64,000 nt of DNA. It comes from Eledone cirrhosa (taxonomy: Eukaryota). The first letter of the stretch is position 1. Every line of letters begins with the position of its first letter. The notes beneath the pieces were generated by a model. That model was not told where the DNA came from, ran no database searches, and saw nothing but the letters and a program-made list of their open reading frames with translations. The DNA lies in NCBI GenBank assembly GCA_964016885.1, contig OZ024743.1, positions 180,358,001 through 180,422,000 on the forward strand. Reading direction: 5' to 3'. A program made the position numbers and the translations under genes. This document shows positions 41,801 through 54,798 of the stretch, in pieces.

Positions 41801-43684
41801 GCTTTCTTTATTAACCACAAGGGTTTACACAAAGTAGACATTAAGGACAGTACAGGACAATACAGGACGGTACAAATGGGGATTTCTGCAAGTAAAAAAA
41901 AAAAAAAACGTAGGATGTAATAAAAAGAACAATGAAAACTTCCCCACTAGGGAGGCGACTTCCGAGGGTCATTTGTGGGGAAAGCCCATTAATAAAGCCA
42001 CAGTGAACCTGACCACCAGGGCAAGTGTCCTCTCCCAGTTTTCCACCTTCAATTTACAGGCATATACTCAGAGTAGGTCCATTCACTCGCACCATTCTTG
42101 CCTCTCTCACCCATCTTTCAACAAAAAGTTGGGAAGAGAGAACTTCCCTCTCTACCCTGATTTTCCTTTTCAAATGAAATTTGAAAAAGTTAACCAGGGC
42201 ATCACCGAAGAGGTAAGTGCTCGTCTTCAGCCCTTTCAGACGCGTCCACCATACTATCTCTTTCGCCATGGCCACCAGACAGATAAAAACTGCCTGCCCT
42301 TCCCGGCTAAAGGAAGAGGGCGGGGAAATCCTCACGATGGACTCAGCTGATAGCCGGATCCGTTCTACACGCCACAGCAGGTGTTCGACATAAACCCACA
42401 AGTCAGCAATGCTCGGACACTGGACGAGTGCATGTAGGACGGTTTCGTCGAACAGCGTGGATCTCGGACATGCCCGGTAGACGGCACTTCCGTGCCTGTA
42501 GAGTTTATCCCGAACTGGCAAAGCTCCTCGGTAGAACTGCCAGGCTAGGAATTTCTGGAAATTGTCCATAGGCCCCGACCCGAAAGTTCTTCCGAAGAGA
42601 TTGGCTAGTTGATTTTCGTTGACGCCTAGAGTTTCCCCAAGCACGTCGTCGCTCTTCCACTCCACTAATCCTCTATAGAACGCCAAGATGGAGTTTCCAC
42701 CGATCACATTGCCCGATTGGTCGAGGGCTGTGATCGCCTGAAGACATTCCAGTCTCCAAGCGCTCCCTCTCGGTCTTCGCTTGACCCAGGACTGCAGCTC
42801 CGTCAAGGAGACGAGCTGGGGAAATACGTGTCTAGCAAACGGCGACCACACCTGATCACCGTCGAGGAAGAGGTGGAGATGTCGTAGCCTGAGCGCGTGT
42901 ATGCGCATCATCAGCCACGGCACGCCCAGCCCTCCGCGTAGCGGGTGTTGACAGCAGATGGACCTCCTGACCATCGGAGCGCGTCCCTTCCACAAAAAGC
43001 TAAAGAGCAAACGCTCCAGCGCAGTCAGGCGGGGCTTAGCACAAGGTACGACGGTCGGGCGGTAGTAGAAGACGGACGCGATGTACGCGTTAGCCACCTC
43101 CGCTCGACCTTTCAGGGATAGCTTCCTCTCCGCCCATTTCTGGGTGAGAGAAGCCACCCTGCTCGTCACCTCGTCCCAGTTTTTGTCCGTCTGGAAGTCC
43201 GGACCGAACCAGACCCCTAGCAATTTAACCGGTCCGTCCGTCCAGCGCCCGACAACGCTGCTGGACGGCATGGACCTGCCTCACCAGGTGCCGACCTGCA
43301 GGCCCACTGACTTTTCCTGGTTGATCATTGCTCCTGTCACCGCTTCGTATTCTCTTAGTGTAGTGCCGATCGCCTCGATGTGTTTGGCGTTCGACACCAC
43401 TACGGTGCATTGTCCGCATATGCTGACACGGATCTTCCGCATCCTAGTTCGCGCGGGACCCCCCTCAACGTCTCCAGTTTGTGCAGTAATGGATCGAGAG
43501 TCAATACGTACAAGAGGGACGAGAGGGGACATCCTTGGCGGACCGAGCGCATGATGTTGAACGGTTCCGACCGAAACGTGACCGTTCACTCTCACCACAG
43601 AGCAGATGTCGCTGTGCACGGCAGCGATCCAGCCTCTGAAGACGGACCCAAAGCCAGCCGCCTTCAGCGTTACCTAGCGGCAGC
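41801..43684 (-). mobile_element. 5'-truncated L1/Tx1-clade non-LTR retrotransposon
   Basis: Minus-strand ORF2 remnants: GFGSVFRGWI, VRQGCPLS, YADN (degenerate YADD), LLGVWFG...NW...W..RKLSLKGR, GGLG, and a C-terminal CPRS..DETVLHALVQC zinc-binding-like motif. The 3' UTR ends at an (ATT)n run. GC content is higher than in the flanks. Confidence 0.9.
42054..43669 (-). pseudogene. disrupted ORF2 (reverse transcriptase C-terminal half) of the L1/Tx1 LINE
   Basis: 405-aa ORF at 42054-43271 plus frameshifted upstream RT pieces. Confidence 0.85.
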
Positions 43685-45618
43685 TGTTTAGAGATTTTCA
43701 AAATATCTCCCGTTGTCAGGAGATTCCTGTCATTCAGCATGAATACATGGAAAACGACACTCCTTTTGAATAGTGAAAAAAATTCACTTGAAGCTGGAGA
43801 AGTTAATATTAATTGTGGAATTTTCAGGGTGACTCTTTATCACCGCTTTTATTCTGCATCGCACTTATACCATTGAGTAAAATGCTCAATGAAACAAAAC
43901 ATGCATATAAATTCTATGACAAAACCATTAATCACTTGTTCTACATGGATGACCTGAAACTATTTGCAAAAAATTATGAACAATTGCAAGGGCTATTATC
44001 CACTGTAAAGCAGTTCAGTGATGATATTAAAATGGAGTTTGGACTAGATAAATGCGCCAAAGCAACGTTTACCAGAGGAAAGCTGCTGAAAAGTTCAGAC
44101 ATTAATCTTGATCGGGGGAATGTGATAAAAGAACTTGATCAAGAGGAAACTTACAAATATATAGGTGTTTGTGAAGGAGACGGAATCAAGCACTCGACAA
44201 TGAGGGAAAGGATAAGGAATCTTAAGCAATCTTAAGAACGGAATTGAATGCAAGGAATAGGATCGATGCCATAAACACGCTTGCCATACCAGTAGTAACC
44301 TACAGTTACAATGTCATCAACTGGTCAAGCACAGATATCCGTAGGCTCGATACAAAAATTAGAAAATTCTTAACCATGCACAGAATGCATCACCCTAAGA
44401 CAGATACAGATAGAATATATCTCCCTAGGAAAGAAGGAGGACGTGGGTTAATCCAGTTAGATATTGCGTTGAAAACTGCAACAATTGGATTAGCTACATA
44501 TCTAAGGGAATCACATGATTGGATGATCAAACTCGCTTTGAAACACGAAAGCATCAAAAGATCATACTCCATTACAAAAGATGCACAAAGATACAGTAAT
44601 GGACTACAAATTTCAGAAGTCCCATTTACTACTGAAATGGAAAACACAGAAAACGCAAAGCAGGTAAAAGTAACTGCAAAGAAAGAACTGCTACAGAAAC
44701 TGGCTAAGAAATGGCAAGAAAAGCCTCTGCATGGAAAATATCCAGAAAGAGCTAACAATCCTGATGTTGACAAAATTTAACCCATCAGTGGTTGGCATCC
44801 TCTGGACTGAAATCGGAGACTGAAGAACTGATTATATCAGCACAAGATCAGTGTCTGCCAACAAAAAATTACCAAGCCAACATAATAAAAAATGGATGCA
44901 ACCCATTATGCCGTGTATGTAAAAAACAACCAGAGACCATTGATCATATAATTTCAATGTGCAGTCCTATAGCTCCAACCGAATACCTAAACAGGCATGA
45001 CAGAGCTGCACAATACATACATTGGATAATGTGTAAACATTTTGATCTGCCCCATCAAAAGAATTGATGGGAGCATCAACCACCTCCCATACTTGAAAAA
45101 GATCACATCTCAATCTTGTGGAACTTTAGCATCCAAACAGACCGAAAAATAGATGCAAATAGACCTGATATAATACTGAAGGATTTTAAAAAGAGGGTAT
45201 GCCTGCTAATTGATATGTCCGTTCCAATAGACAAGAATGTATCTATAAAATCATTTGAAAAATTGAGCAAGTATAAGGACCTGGAGGTAAAAATTGGAAA
45301 AATGTGGACATTGAGAACTAAATCAATACCAGTGGTTGTAGGTGCTCTAGGAATGATACCTAAGAGGTCTAATGATTACTTATCGCAAATCCCAGGAAAC
45401 CCGCGTATAGGAGAAATACAAAATATAGTACTAATGGGAACTGCCCATTTACTAAGGAAGATTCTGTCAATATAAGTACATCACAAGTCTAAACACCTAA
45501 AGATGCATGTGTGAGTATGTATGTTCTTTCTTGAACATGGTGGACCTTGTTGTCTCTTGAGGTCACTGGTTGTGACTTGGTGATAACTCGTATGAACATA
45601 AAGCAAGATAAATGCAAC

Positions 45619-45648
<30 letters not shown>
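43685..45648 (+). mobile_element. R4/Dong-clade non-LTR retrotransposon (restriction-like endonuclease type), copy 1, 5'-truncated, with (TAA)n tail
   Basis: FQGDSLSPLLFC, HLFYMDDLKLF, MEFGLDKCA, EGGRGL, CRVC...ETIDHIISMC zinc knuckle, RHD, RPDI...KLSKY endonuclease motifs; several stops and frameshifts; ends in (TAA)n at 45620-45648. Confidence 0.9.
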
Positions 45649-45649
<1 letters not shown>

Positions 45650-48600
45650 TTGTTAAGAAAAAGTTACTAACTGATATAGAAATTGATCAGATCAAGCAAT
45701 TAACACAAAGTCAGCGAAGGGAAAATGAAACATGTGTCAGTGAAAACGAGGTAAATTGTAACACTTCGAATCCCAGGGTTGGGGCGGAATCACTGACAGG
45801 AGAACAAATTAAAGAAAGGATCGAAAAAGTGGAGGGAGTGCATGCTCAAGATAAAACTCAAAATAAAACAATGAGATCGTAAATGATAAAGAGATGAATG
45901 AGAATGAACTTGCCAACTTGAAGAATGAAATTATGATCGAATGGATGAAAATGAAAGAATCTGACATGGGTGAACGAGACACTCTCCCTAAGATCCAGAA
46001 CTCCAAACAGAACCAAAAGATAATACACAACACTAACATAATTCTCAAAAACATTATCATCACAAACAAGCTAAACATTACTGAACTAAATCATCTCTAT
46101 TATGCATCGGCTAAAGTCACCACGCACTTATGTGGAGTGAAAATGAAAAAAACAAAGAAATTTCCATAAGAAACCTACTTGGCAAGAGAACATCAATCGC
46201 CAAATAAACCTTCTCCGATCTGACATGGAAATGTTAACAAACTACAAATTAGGTGAACATGTCAAACAAACTAAACTTAGAAAATTGAAAAGAAAATGCA
46301 GTGTAAAAATCAACAAGTGACATAGACATGCTGATAGAAATAATCAAGCAAAACTGTCGACCAAAGCTGCTCGGATAAGGCGCTTTGAAAAATGATCTAT
46401 ATTCTATAAGGACAATAATATGTTCAAGAACAACTAAAGAAACTTCTACAGAAAAATTGGCAAGTCAACAATAACTGCTAAATCAATACCACCCAAGGAG
46501 GAAGTGCAAGAATTCTGGGGAAAAAATATGTGCCGAAGAAAAGGTTCATAATATACATGGATAGACAGATAAATGAAAGATACAGCTCACCTTGAGGAAC
46601 AAACATGGTGAAATATGACAGTTGAACAGTTGCGTTTGGCTCTTACAGAAACCAGCAAATGGAAATCCCCATGGAAAGACAAAATACCAAAATACCAAAT
46701 TTTGGGATTAATTTTTTGATAAAATTTTGGATAAATTTTTGGATGAGCTGTTAGCCCAACTTTACAATGAAATGGTTAAGGAGCCAGAAAATATACCATC
46801 ATAGCTAGTTAACGGCATTACATTCCTACTTCCGAAGAATGATGAGACAAACAATCCCCAAAATTACAGACCGATAACTTGCTTGACCACACTGTATAAC
46901 ATTTTAACATCAGTCCTAACTGAATATACATATGATCACCTGATAACAAATTATCTATTTCCCAATGAGCAGAAAGGGTGTAAACGGGGCTCATATGGAT
47001 GTAAATATCATCTTTTGGTTAACAAAATGATACTGGAAGACTGTCATAATAGACACAAAAATCTATCAATTGCTTGGATAGATTGCAAAAAAAGCATTCG
47101 ATAGTTTGCCACACAGTTGGATTGAAAAATGTTTAGAGATTTTCAAAATGTCTCTCGTTGTCAGGAGGATCCTGTCATTCAGTATGAAGACATGGAAAAC
47201 GACGCTCCTTTTGAATAGTGAAAAGATAACACTGGAAGCTGGAAAAGTTAATATTATTTGTGGAATTTTTCAGGGTGACTCTTTATCACCGCTTTTATTC
47301 TGCATCACACTTATACCATTAAGTAAAATGCTCAATGAAACAAAAGATGGATATAAATTCTATGACAAAACCATTAATCACTTTGTCTACATGGATGACC
47401 TAAAACTATTTGCAAAAAATTATGAACAATTGCAAGGGCTATTATCCACTGTAAAGCAGTTCAGTGATGATATTAAAATGGAGTTTGGACTAGATAAATG
47501 CGCCAAAGCAACGTTTACCAGAGGAAAGCTGCTGAAAAGTTCAGACATTAACCTTGATCGGGGGAATGTGAAAAGAGAACTTGATCAAGAAGAAACTTAC
47601 AAATATATAGGTGTTTGTGAAGGAGACGGAATCAAGCACTCGACAATGAGGGAAAGGATAAGGAATCTTAAGCAATCTTAAGAACGGAATTGAATGCAAG
47701 GAATAGGATCGATGCCATAAACACCCTTGCCATACCAGTAGTAACCTACAGTTACAATGTCATCAACTGGTCAAGCACAGAGATCCGTAGGCTCGATACA
47801 AAAATTCGAACATTCTTAACCATGCACAGAATGCATCACCGTAAGACAGATACAGATAGAATATATCTCCCTAGGAAAGAAGGAGGGCGTGGGTTAATCC
47901 AGTTAGAGATTGCGTTGAAAACTGCAACAATTGGATTATCTACATATCTAAGGGAATCACATGATTGTATGATCAAACTCGTTTTGAAACTCGAAAGAAT
48001 CAAAAGATCATACGCCATTACAAAAGATGCACAAAGATACAGTAATGGACTACAAATTTCAGAAGTCCCATTTACTGCTGAAATGAAAAATACAGAAAAA
48101 GGCAAAGCAGGTAAAAGTAACTGCAAAGAAAGAACTGCTACAGAAACTGGCTAAAAAAAGCAAGAAAAGCCTCTGTATGGAAAATACCCAGAAAGAGCTA
48201 ACAATCCTGGTGTTGACAAAACTTTAACCCATCAGTGGTTGGTTATCCTCTGGACTGAAATCGGAGACTGAAGGACTAATTATATCAGCCGAAGATCAGT
48301 GTCTGCCAACAAAGAATTACCAAGCCATCATAATAAAAAATGGATGCAACCCATTATGCCGTGTATGTAAAAAAACAACCAGAGACCATTGATCATATAA
48401 TTTCAATGTGCAGTCCTATAGCTGTAATCGAATACCTAAACAGGCACGACAGAGCTGCACAATACATACATTGGATAATGTGTAAGCATTTTGATCTGCC
48501 CCATCAAAAGAATTGGTGAGAGCATCAACCACATCCCGTACTTGAAAAAGATCACATCTCAATCTTGTGGAACTTTAGCATCCAAACAGACCGAAAAATA

Positions 48601-49057
48601 GATGCAAATAGACCTGATATAATACTGAAGGACTTTAAAAAGAGGGTATGCCTGCTAATTTATATGTCCGTTCCAATAGACAAGAATGTATCTATAAAAT
48701 CATTTGAAAAATTGAGCAAGTATAAGGACCTGGAGATAGAAATTGGAAAAATATGGAAATTGAGAACTAAAACCATACCAGTGGCTGTAGGCGCTCTAGG
48801 AATGATACCTCAGGGGTCTAATGATTACTTATCCCAAATCCCAGGAAACCCACGTATAGAAGAAATACAAAAGATAGTACTAATGGGAACTGTCCATATT
48901 CTAAGGAATATTCTGAAATATAAGTACAGCACAAGTCTAAACACCTAAAGATGCATGTGTGTTGTCTCTTGAGGTCACTGGTTGTGACTTGGTGATAACT
49001 CGTATGAACATAAAGCAAGATAAATGCAACTGTAATAATAATAATAATAATAATAAT
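45649..49057 (+). mobile_element. R4/Dong-clade non-LTR retrotransposon, copy 2, longer and disrupted, with (TAA)n tail
   Basis: Same RT and endonuclease motifs plus upstream RT parts (NYRPITCL, EQKGC, AWID.KK). From 47130 onward it aligns with copy 1 from 43685. Ends in (TAA)n at 49033-49057. Confidence 0.9.
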
Positions 49058-49975
49058 TGCTTCTACTTTTGGCACAAGGCCAGCAATTACCCCAGTGCAT
49101 TACTGATACTTTATTTTATCGGCCCCGTAATGATGAAAGGCAAAGTTAACCTCGGCGGGATTTGAACTCAGACCGTAAAGGGACGTAACTATGCTGGAAA
49201 GCATGGCGTCCGAAACTCTACCGATACTGCCAATCCATAATAATAATAATAATAATTGTTTCTATTTTTTCGCACAAGGCCAGCAATTACCCAGTGCATT
49301 GACGATTTGTTATGGCTTCATGACGTTTTTTGAGTAGTGGCGCGCGTTTTGCTATTGATCAGTTCAAGGTTCAATTTTTATCGATCTACCCCCGACTCTG
49401 AAATCAAAAGCTCGTCGGTCTTCTGTTGTGTTAATAAAAATAATTGTTTCTACTTTTGGCACAAGGCCAGCAATTACCCAGTACATTACTGGTACTTTAT
49501 TTTATCGACCCCGTAATAAACATAATGAAGGCATAACAAATCCTTCTTTATTATTATTATTAGAAGGTTCACTTTGCCTTTCATCCTTACGGGATCGATA
49601 AAATAAAATACCAGTCATGTACTGGCATAATTGCTGGCCTTGTGCCAAAAGTAGAAACAATTATTATTATTAGAAGGGAGGTAAAGGGTGGTGGATTGGC
49701 AGTATCGGTAGAGGGTTGGGCGCCATGCTTTGCAGCAAAGAGTTACGGCTCTTTATGATCTGAGCTCAAATACCGCCGAGGTTAACTTTGCCTTTCATCC
49801 TTATGGGGTAGATAAAATAAAGTACCAGTCACGCACTGGAGTCGCTTTTACTGGCCTTGTGCCTATATAAAAAAAACATTATTAGCAAGGAGGTGGATTG
49901 GCAGTATCGGTAGAATGTCGAACGCCATGCTTTGAAGCATAGAGTTAAGTCCTTGGCGGCCTGAGTTCAAATTCT
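49058..49975. mobile_element. cluster of about six SINE copies or fragments in both orientations, separated by (AAT)n/(ATT)n
   Basis: Minus-strand pieces start near 49058, 49257 and 49444 (ttgtttctacttttggcacaaggccagcaattac). Plus-strand pieces start near 49565, 49690 and 49890, with A-box tggcagtatcggtag and B-box gagttcaaat. Confidence 0.85.
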
Positions 49976-51177
49976 CATGAATCTACAATAACTGGACGTT
50001 ACAATATTTTATACATAAGCATGCGACATATATGGGTATTTGAATTTCCAGTTCTTTCCAAACTAACTAAATATATTCATTGATTCATATGGATAATTAA
50101 AGATAATTAGAATTGCTCTGATTAAAGTGTATGAGTAAATAGCATATATGAAATATGTTCATCCATGTCAGATACTACGCTGTTGGATAAAAATATAAAA
50201 ATATGGGAGGGACCATAAATATATATGAAATGTATTTAATTTAAATATAAAAGAGATTTAAAGAGGATGCAGAATATAAAATATAATTTATAAAGAAATT
50301 ATTCATTTGTATAATTTACCTGTATACACTATCTTTAATGAATCATTTCTAGTTTAAGGTGCAATCTTGAGATTTCCTACGGTTCCATTTATTGGTTCAT
50401 AGCTGTGTTATTCTATTTCTTTTGCGTTGAGAAAAGTATAGAAAGAATATTTCTTTTTAAAGAATATGTCACAAATATTCCTATTCCTTCTAGAAAAGGT
50501 TGATATCTTTCTTCGACACAAGGCTACACATTCTTTGTGTACTGGGTTGATTCAATCGGTTCAGATATTATAAAAGTGAAGTATTTAAACGGTGGTTAAT
50601 TATCGTTCACCTTTATTTATAGTTAACACTCACTGCGTCCGTCACTCTTGCTCTCCCTCATCTCTCACAATTATAAGCAAATGGGGGGGGGGGGGAATTA
50701 ACTTGATCGAACAAGTAACAGAGGAAAAGAGCATGTGGTGTAAGAATTGTATATCTATTGAACATATTGTAATGAATATGTTGTGTGTGAAAACATTTCC
50801 TGAATAGAGTAAAGAATTAGTGTACTTTTCAATGTGGCGTCATCAAAATTAAAATGGATTTAAACCAAAGGATGTAATCTTTTTCTAATTTCGTAAATTT
50901 TATTCATATTTCTATCTTCATGTGGAATATATATTTTCTATGAAAACGCTTATTGAGAGAGCATCATTTTAATACAAAAATAAAACTAAAAATGATTATT
51001 AGCGCATAATTTAGATAAACTAATTTGCCTTTAACTAACTTATAAATAATTTTCTTAGAATTCGTAGATAATGTATAGTTCAGAGCGTAATGTGATTGTA
51101 TATAGGATGTGTACAGAGTTTAAATATATTTTATAAACGATCTATATAGCATTTCTGCGCTTAAGCACTTTCTTTAT

Positions 51178-51186
51178 ACATATATG

Positions 51187-51249
<63 letters not shown>
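51178..51249. repeat. (CA)n/(TA)n microsatellite
   Basis: Directly visible. Confidence 0.95.
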
Positions 51250-51279
51250 GTAATCTGAGTTATGTTCAAATCATTTTAT

Positions 51280-51326
51280 TGCTGACAATCGTTTCTTCCT
51301 AACTTTCGTTTGATATCATCGGAGCA
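51280..51326 (-). ncRNA. hammerhead ribozyme motif in the inverted pseudo-LTR (degenerate)
   Basis: Minus strand reads TGCT-CCGATGA-tatcaaacGAAAgttaggaa-GAAA-CGATTG-TC-AGCA. Confidence 0.6.
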
Positions 51327-51999
51327 CTAGCAATGTTTGTACATATAATTAACCTCCTATTCAACTGAACAATCATGTGGATACATGGATATTAATGTTG
51401 TCAACAACAGTTTCGTATTTACAGAGTGGAATGGATGCGACATAGATTACAAGAGAATTGTACAATAGTTCAAATTAAAAATGGAAAATTAAAATTAAAA
51501 CTTAAAAAGGCACTGAGTGGAATACGTGCAACAGAGATTACAAGGGAATAGTATAATAATTAAAAAAAGCATTAAGGTAGAAAGTTGCTCGTAAAACGAG
51601 GACGCTGGCAGTACATATGCAAGCATATAGCGTTCAAATGCGTTAGGCATATACAGGAAGGAAACAAACAAAAATATTAGGCATATATAATTACTGCATG
51701 GCAAAGGTATCACATAAAATAACATAGGTTTACAAGCATATCAAGCAGACAAAGGTGTTTATGTATTAAAATGATGAGTTTATGGTGGATGTAGTGTGCT
51801 GATTGTTTCTGTAATGTTCAAATGTGTGTGTTGAGAGTATCAATCTTATTGCTATCTTTTCGATTACATTAGTTCTAATTTATTTTAGTGAATGTTTTTA
51901 ATTAGTTACAGCTATGGATTGTATACTGGTCCTATAACATTGTTATCCGGGGTTCAAGTCACTATAGAAAAAATGTAGAAAAATGGTGGTTTATACTTC

Positions 52000-53340
52000 T
52001 TATTGACTATAACAAATTTAATGTAGAAAGAACTAGGAAAAACAATTACATAAAATTTTCAAAAACTTCAACTTAGGTATCACCTTGGATAAAAACATTA
52101 AAAACTTTAACTTCCTTGATGCTACCCTTTACCTGGACTCAAAAATATATACACCCTTTCACAAACCAAACGAAAAACTACTTTATGCAGATATCAACTC
52201 TAACCACCCTAAATCCATATTAAACTCAATTACTAAAGGAATATCAAATCGAATCTCTAATCTATCATATAACTAAACCATATTTAACAATAATTCCCAA
52301 TCCTATAATAAGGCTTTAGCTAAATCAGGCCATAAAAAGGAGATTAAATTTCTACCTATAGAATCACCTAGTTACAACATTATTTCTCACAATATAGCCA
52401 TGAGGAAAAATAATAAAAGTAATAGCCACCCTAACTCTAATACAAAGGGTAATATCAAACTTAACTCGCACCAGAATAAACACCAGGATAATAATATAAG
52501 CAGAAATATAAACAATACCTCAAATAACTTTACAAAAAACAATCCAAATGTCTCGACCAACTTGCCTAAGACTTTCTTCTCAATCCTGGAAAAAAACTTC
52601 CCAGTCGGCCACAAATACCATAATCTTATCAATAAAAATACCATTAAAATCTCTTACTCTACTACACCTAACATTGCAAACAATATAGCTAGTAGTAATA
52701 AAAGGAAGATTAATGATTATTTCCAACTAATTAAATCCCTACAGGGAGTAAACTTACAGGGCAACATAGTACCAGAGATTTCTAGTAGCAATAATAATAA
52801 TGATAATAGCACTAATGAAATTAATAATAATGGGAACGACAACCATCATTACCCTAATGCTATCCCTAACAACCAGGCATCTACACAACATAGTAACCGG
52901 CAAACAAACAACCAGAATAACTGCAACTGTAGAACAAATAGAACTTGCCCCTTAGGTAAAAATTGCTTAATCAAAGACATCATTTACTCATGCACGGTCA
53001 ACACAAACAACTCTTCTAAAACATATATCGGTTCGACTTCGAACTGCTTCAAGACGAGATATAACTCGCATCTCGACGCTTTCAAAAATCGCAATCTAGC
53101 CAACTCTACTTCTTTATCTAGCTACATACACTCTCCGAAAACTAGGAATAGACAATATACACTTCAATGGGAGGTAGTGGATAGGGCCGCATCGTATGAA
53201 CCACCGAATATATTATGTAATCTCTGTCTTCTAGAGACCCGCACAATAATCTATTCTAAACTAGACCTCCTAAATAGAAAATCAGAGGTTTTTTTCCATG
53301 TGCCAGCACTACCACCGACACTCTTTCCATAGCTTTAAAC
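52000..53340 (+). pseudogene. Penelope-like ORF remnant: RT C-terminal region, Asn-rich linker, Cys-rich motif and GIY-YIG endonuclease
   Basis: NFLDATL..PFHKPNE..Y...SNHPK (PLE RT thumb); CNCRTNRTCPLGKNCL; IIYSCTV...TYIGST...FKTRYNSH; CNLCLLE...LLNRKSE. In-frame stop at 52274-76 and a frameshift near the 3' end. Confidence 0.85.
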
Positions 53341-53699
53341 CTAGCTGCTAGTATATAAAAATGTCAGATCTGAATTCCTCACCACCATTAACACTTCAAC
53401 CCTAGGTCTTATCTGCATATAAGTAACCCCACAGCATAACACTCTATGATCAGCTCATCCCTCTACTTAACTCCTATTTATCTCAAAACTTATACTCTAC
53501 AATAACTATTAGGAATAAACATAAAGTTAACACCATTTAATATAACCACTATAGAATATAGAATATTATATTCAGTAATGGATAGATATTAATATGATGA
53601 GACACTTAATGTATTATAGGAAAATTAAATTATATTTATAATTAAATATATAAATTAATAGCATTATATATAAGGGATTGACTTATAACATAATATAAT

Positions 53700-53806
53700 T
53701 GTTTCTACTTTTGGCACACCCAGTACATTAGTGGTACTTTATTTTATCGACCCCGTAAGGATGAAAGGCAAAGAAAACCTCGGCGGGATTTGAATCTCAG
53801 AATGGC
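53700..53806 (-). mobile_element. truncated SINE with a 12-bp target-site duplication (ACATAATATAAT)
   Basis: TSD at 53688-53699 and 53807-53818; SINE core gtactttattttatcgaccccgtaaggatgaaaggcaaag. Confidence 0.9.
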
Positions 53807-54752
53807 ACATAATATAATGCATATTAATAACACAAGAGATTTAACTAATGGGACCTGTAAACAACTATACATTTTTTCTACATTTTTCTATAGCTTACTT
53901 ATACTTTATTCAGTAATGGATAATGAGACCTTTAATGTATTATAGGAAAATAGGTTGTATTTAAATTAAATATAAACAAATAGCATTATATAAAAGGGAT
54001 TCACTTGTAACATAATATAATGTATATTAGCACAAAGAATTTAACTAATTGGATCTGTAAACAACTATACATTTATCCCATTTTTTCTAATTTCTTCTAT
54101 CATATACAATTTAATCGCTAGTTACCTCCCCTTTTGCATTAGCTCCCCTTAATATAGATCTCAGACTCACCTCCGGAAATTAAACAATTAAACCGTTAGA
54201 AGAATCACTCCACAACAACTCGAACCCCGGATAACAATATAATAGGACCAGTATACAAACCATAGCTGTAACGAAATAAAACATTCACTAAAATAAAATT
54301 ATAACCATTATAATGGAAAAGATAGCAATAAGATTGATACTCTCAACACATACACATTTGAACATTTCAGAAACAATCATCACACTACATCCACCATACA
54401 CTCATAATTTTAATACATAAACACCTTTGCCTGCTTGATATGCTTGTAAACCTATGTTTTTTTTATGTGATACCTTCGCATGCAGTAATTATATATGCCT
54501 AATATTATTCCCTGTTTCCTTCCTGTATATGCCTAACGCATTTGCACTTGCATATGTATTGCCAGTGTCCTCGTTTTACGAGTAACTTTCTACCTTAATG
54601 TCTCTTTAATTATTATACTATTCCCTTGTAATCTATGTAGCATCCATTCCACTCTGTAAATACGAAACTGTTGTTGACAACATTAATATCCATGTATACA
54701 TATGATTGTTCAGTTGAATAGGAGGTAAAATTATATGTACAAACATTGCTAG

Positions 54753-54798
54753 TGCTCCGATGATATCAGACGAAAGTTGGAAGAAACGATTGTCAGCA
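54753..54798 (+). ncRNA. hammerhead ribozyme motif in the 3' pseudo-LTR (degenerate)
   Basis: TGCT-CCGATGA-tatcagacgaaagttggaa-GAAA-CGATTG-TC-AGCA, with stem I TGCT/AGCA, a GTC cleavage triplet and a quasi-palindromic stem III. Confidence 0.6.

Noticed and set aside
41973-43691. Plus-strand ORFs over the Tx1 element and minus-strand ORFs over the Dong and Penelope elements
   Set aside because: Antisense shadows of retroelement coding sequence.
49690-49780. tRNA genes at A-box/B-box motifs
   Set aside because: These are SINE heads; I could not fold a cloverleaf, and each continues into the SINE body.
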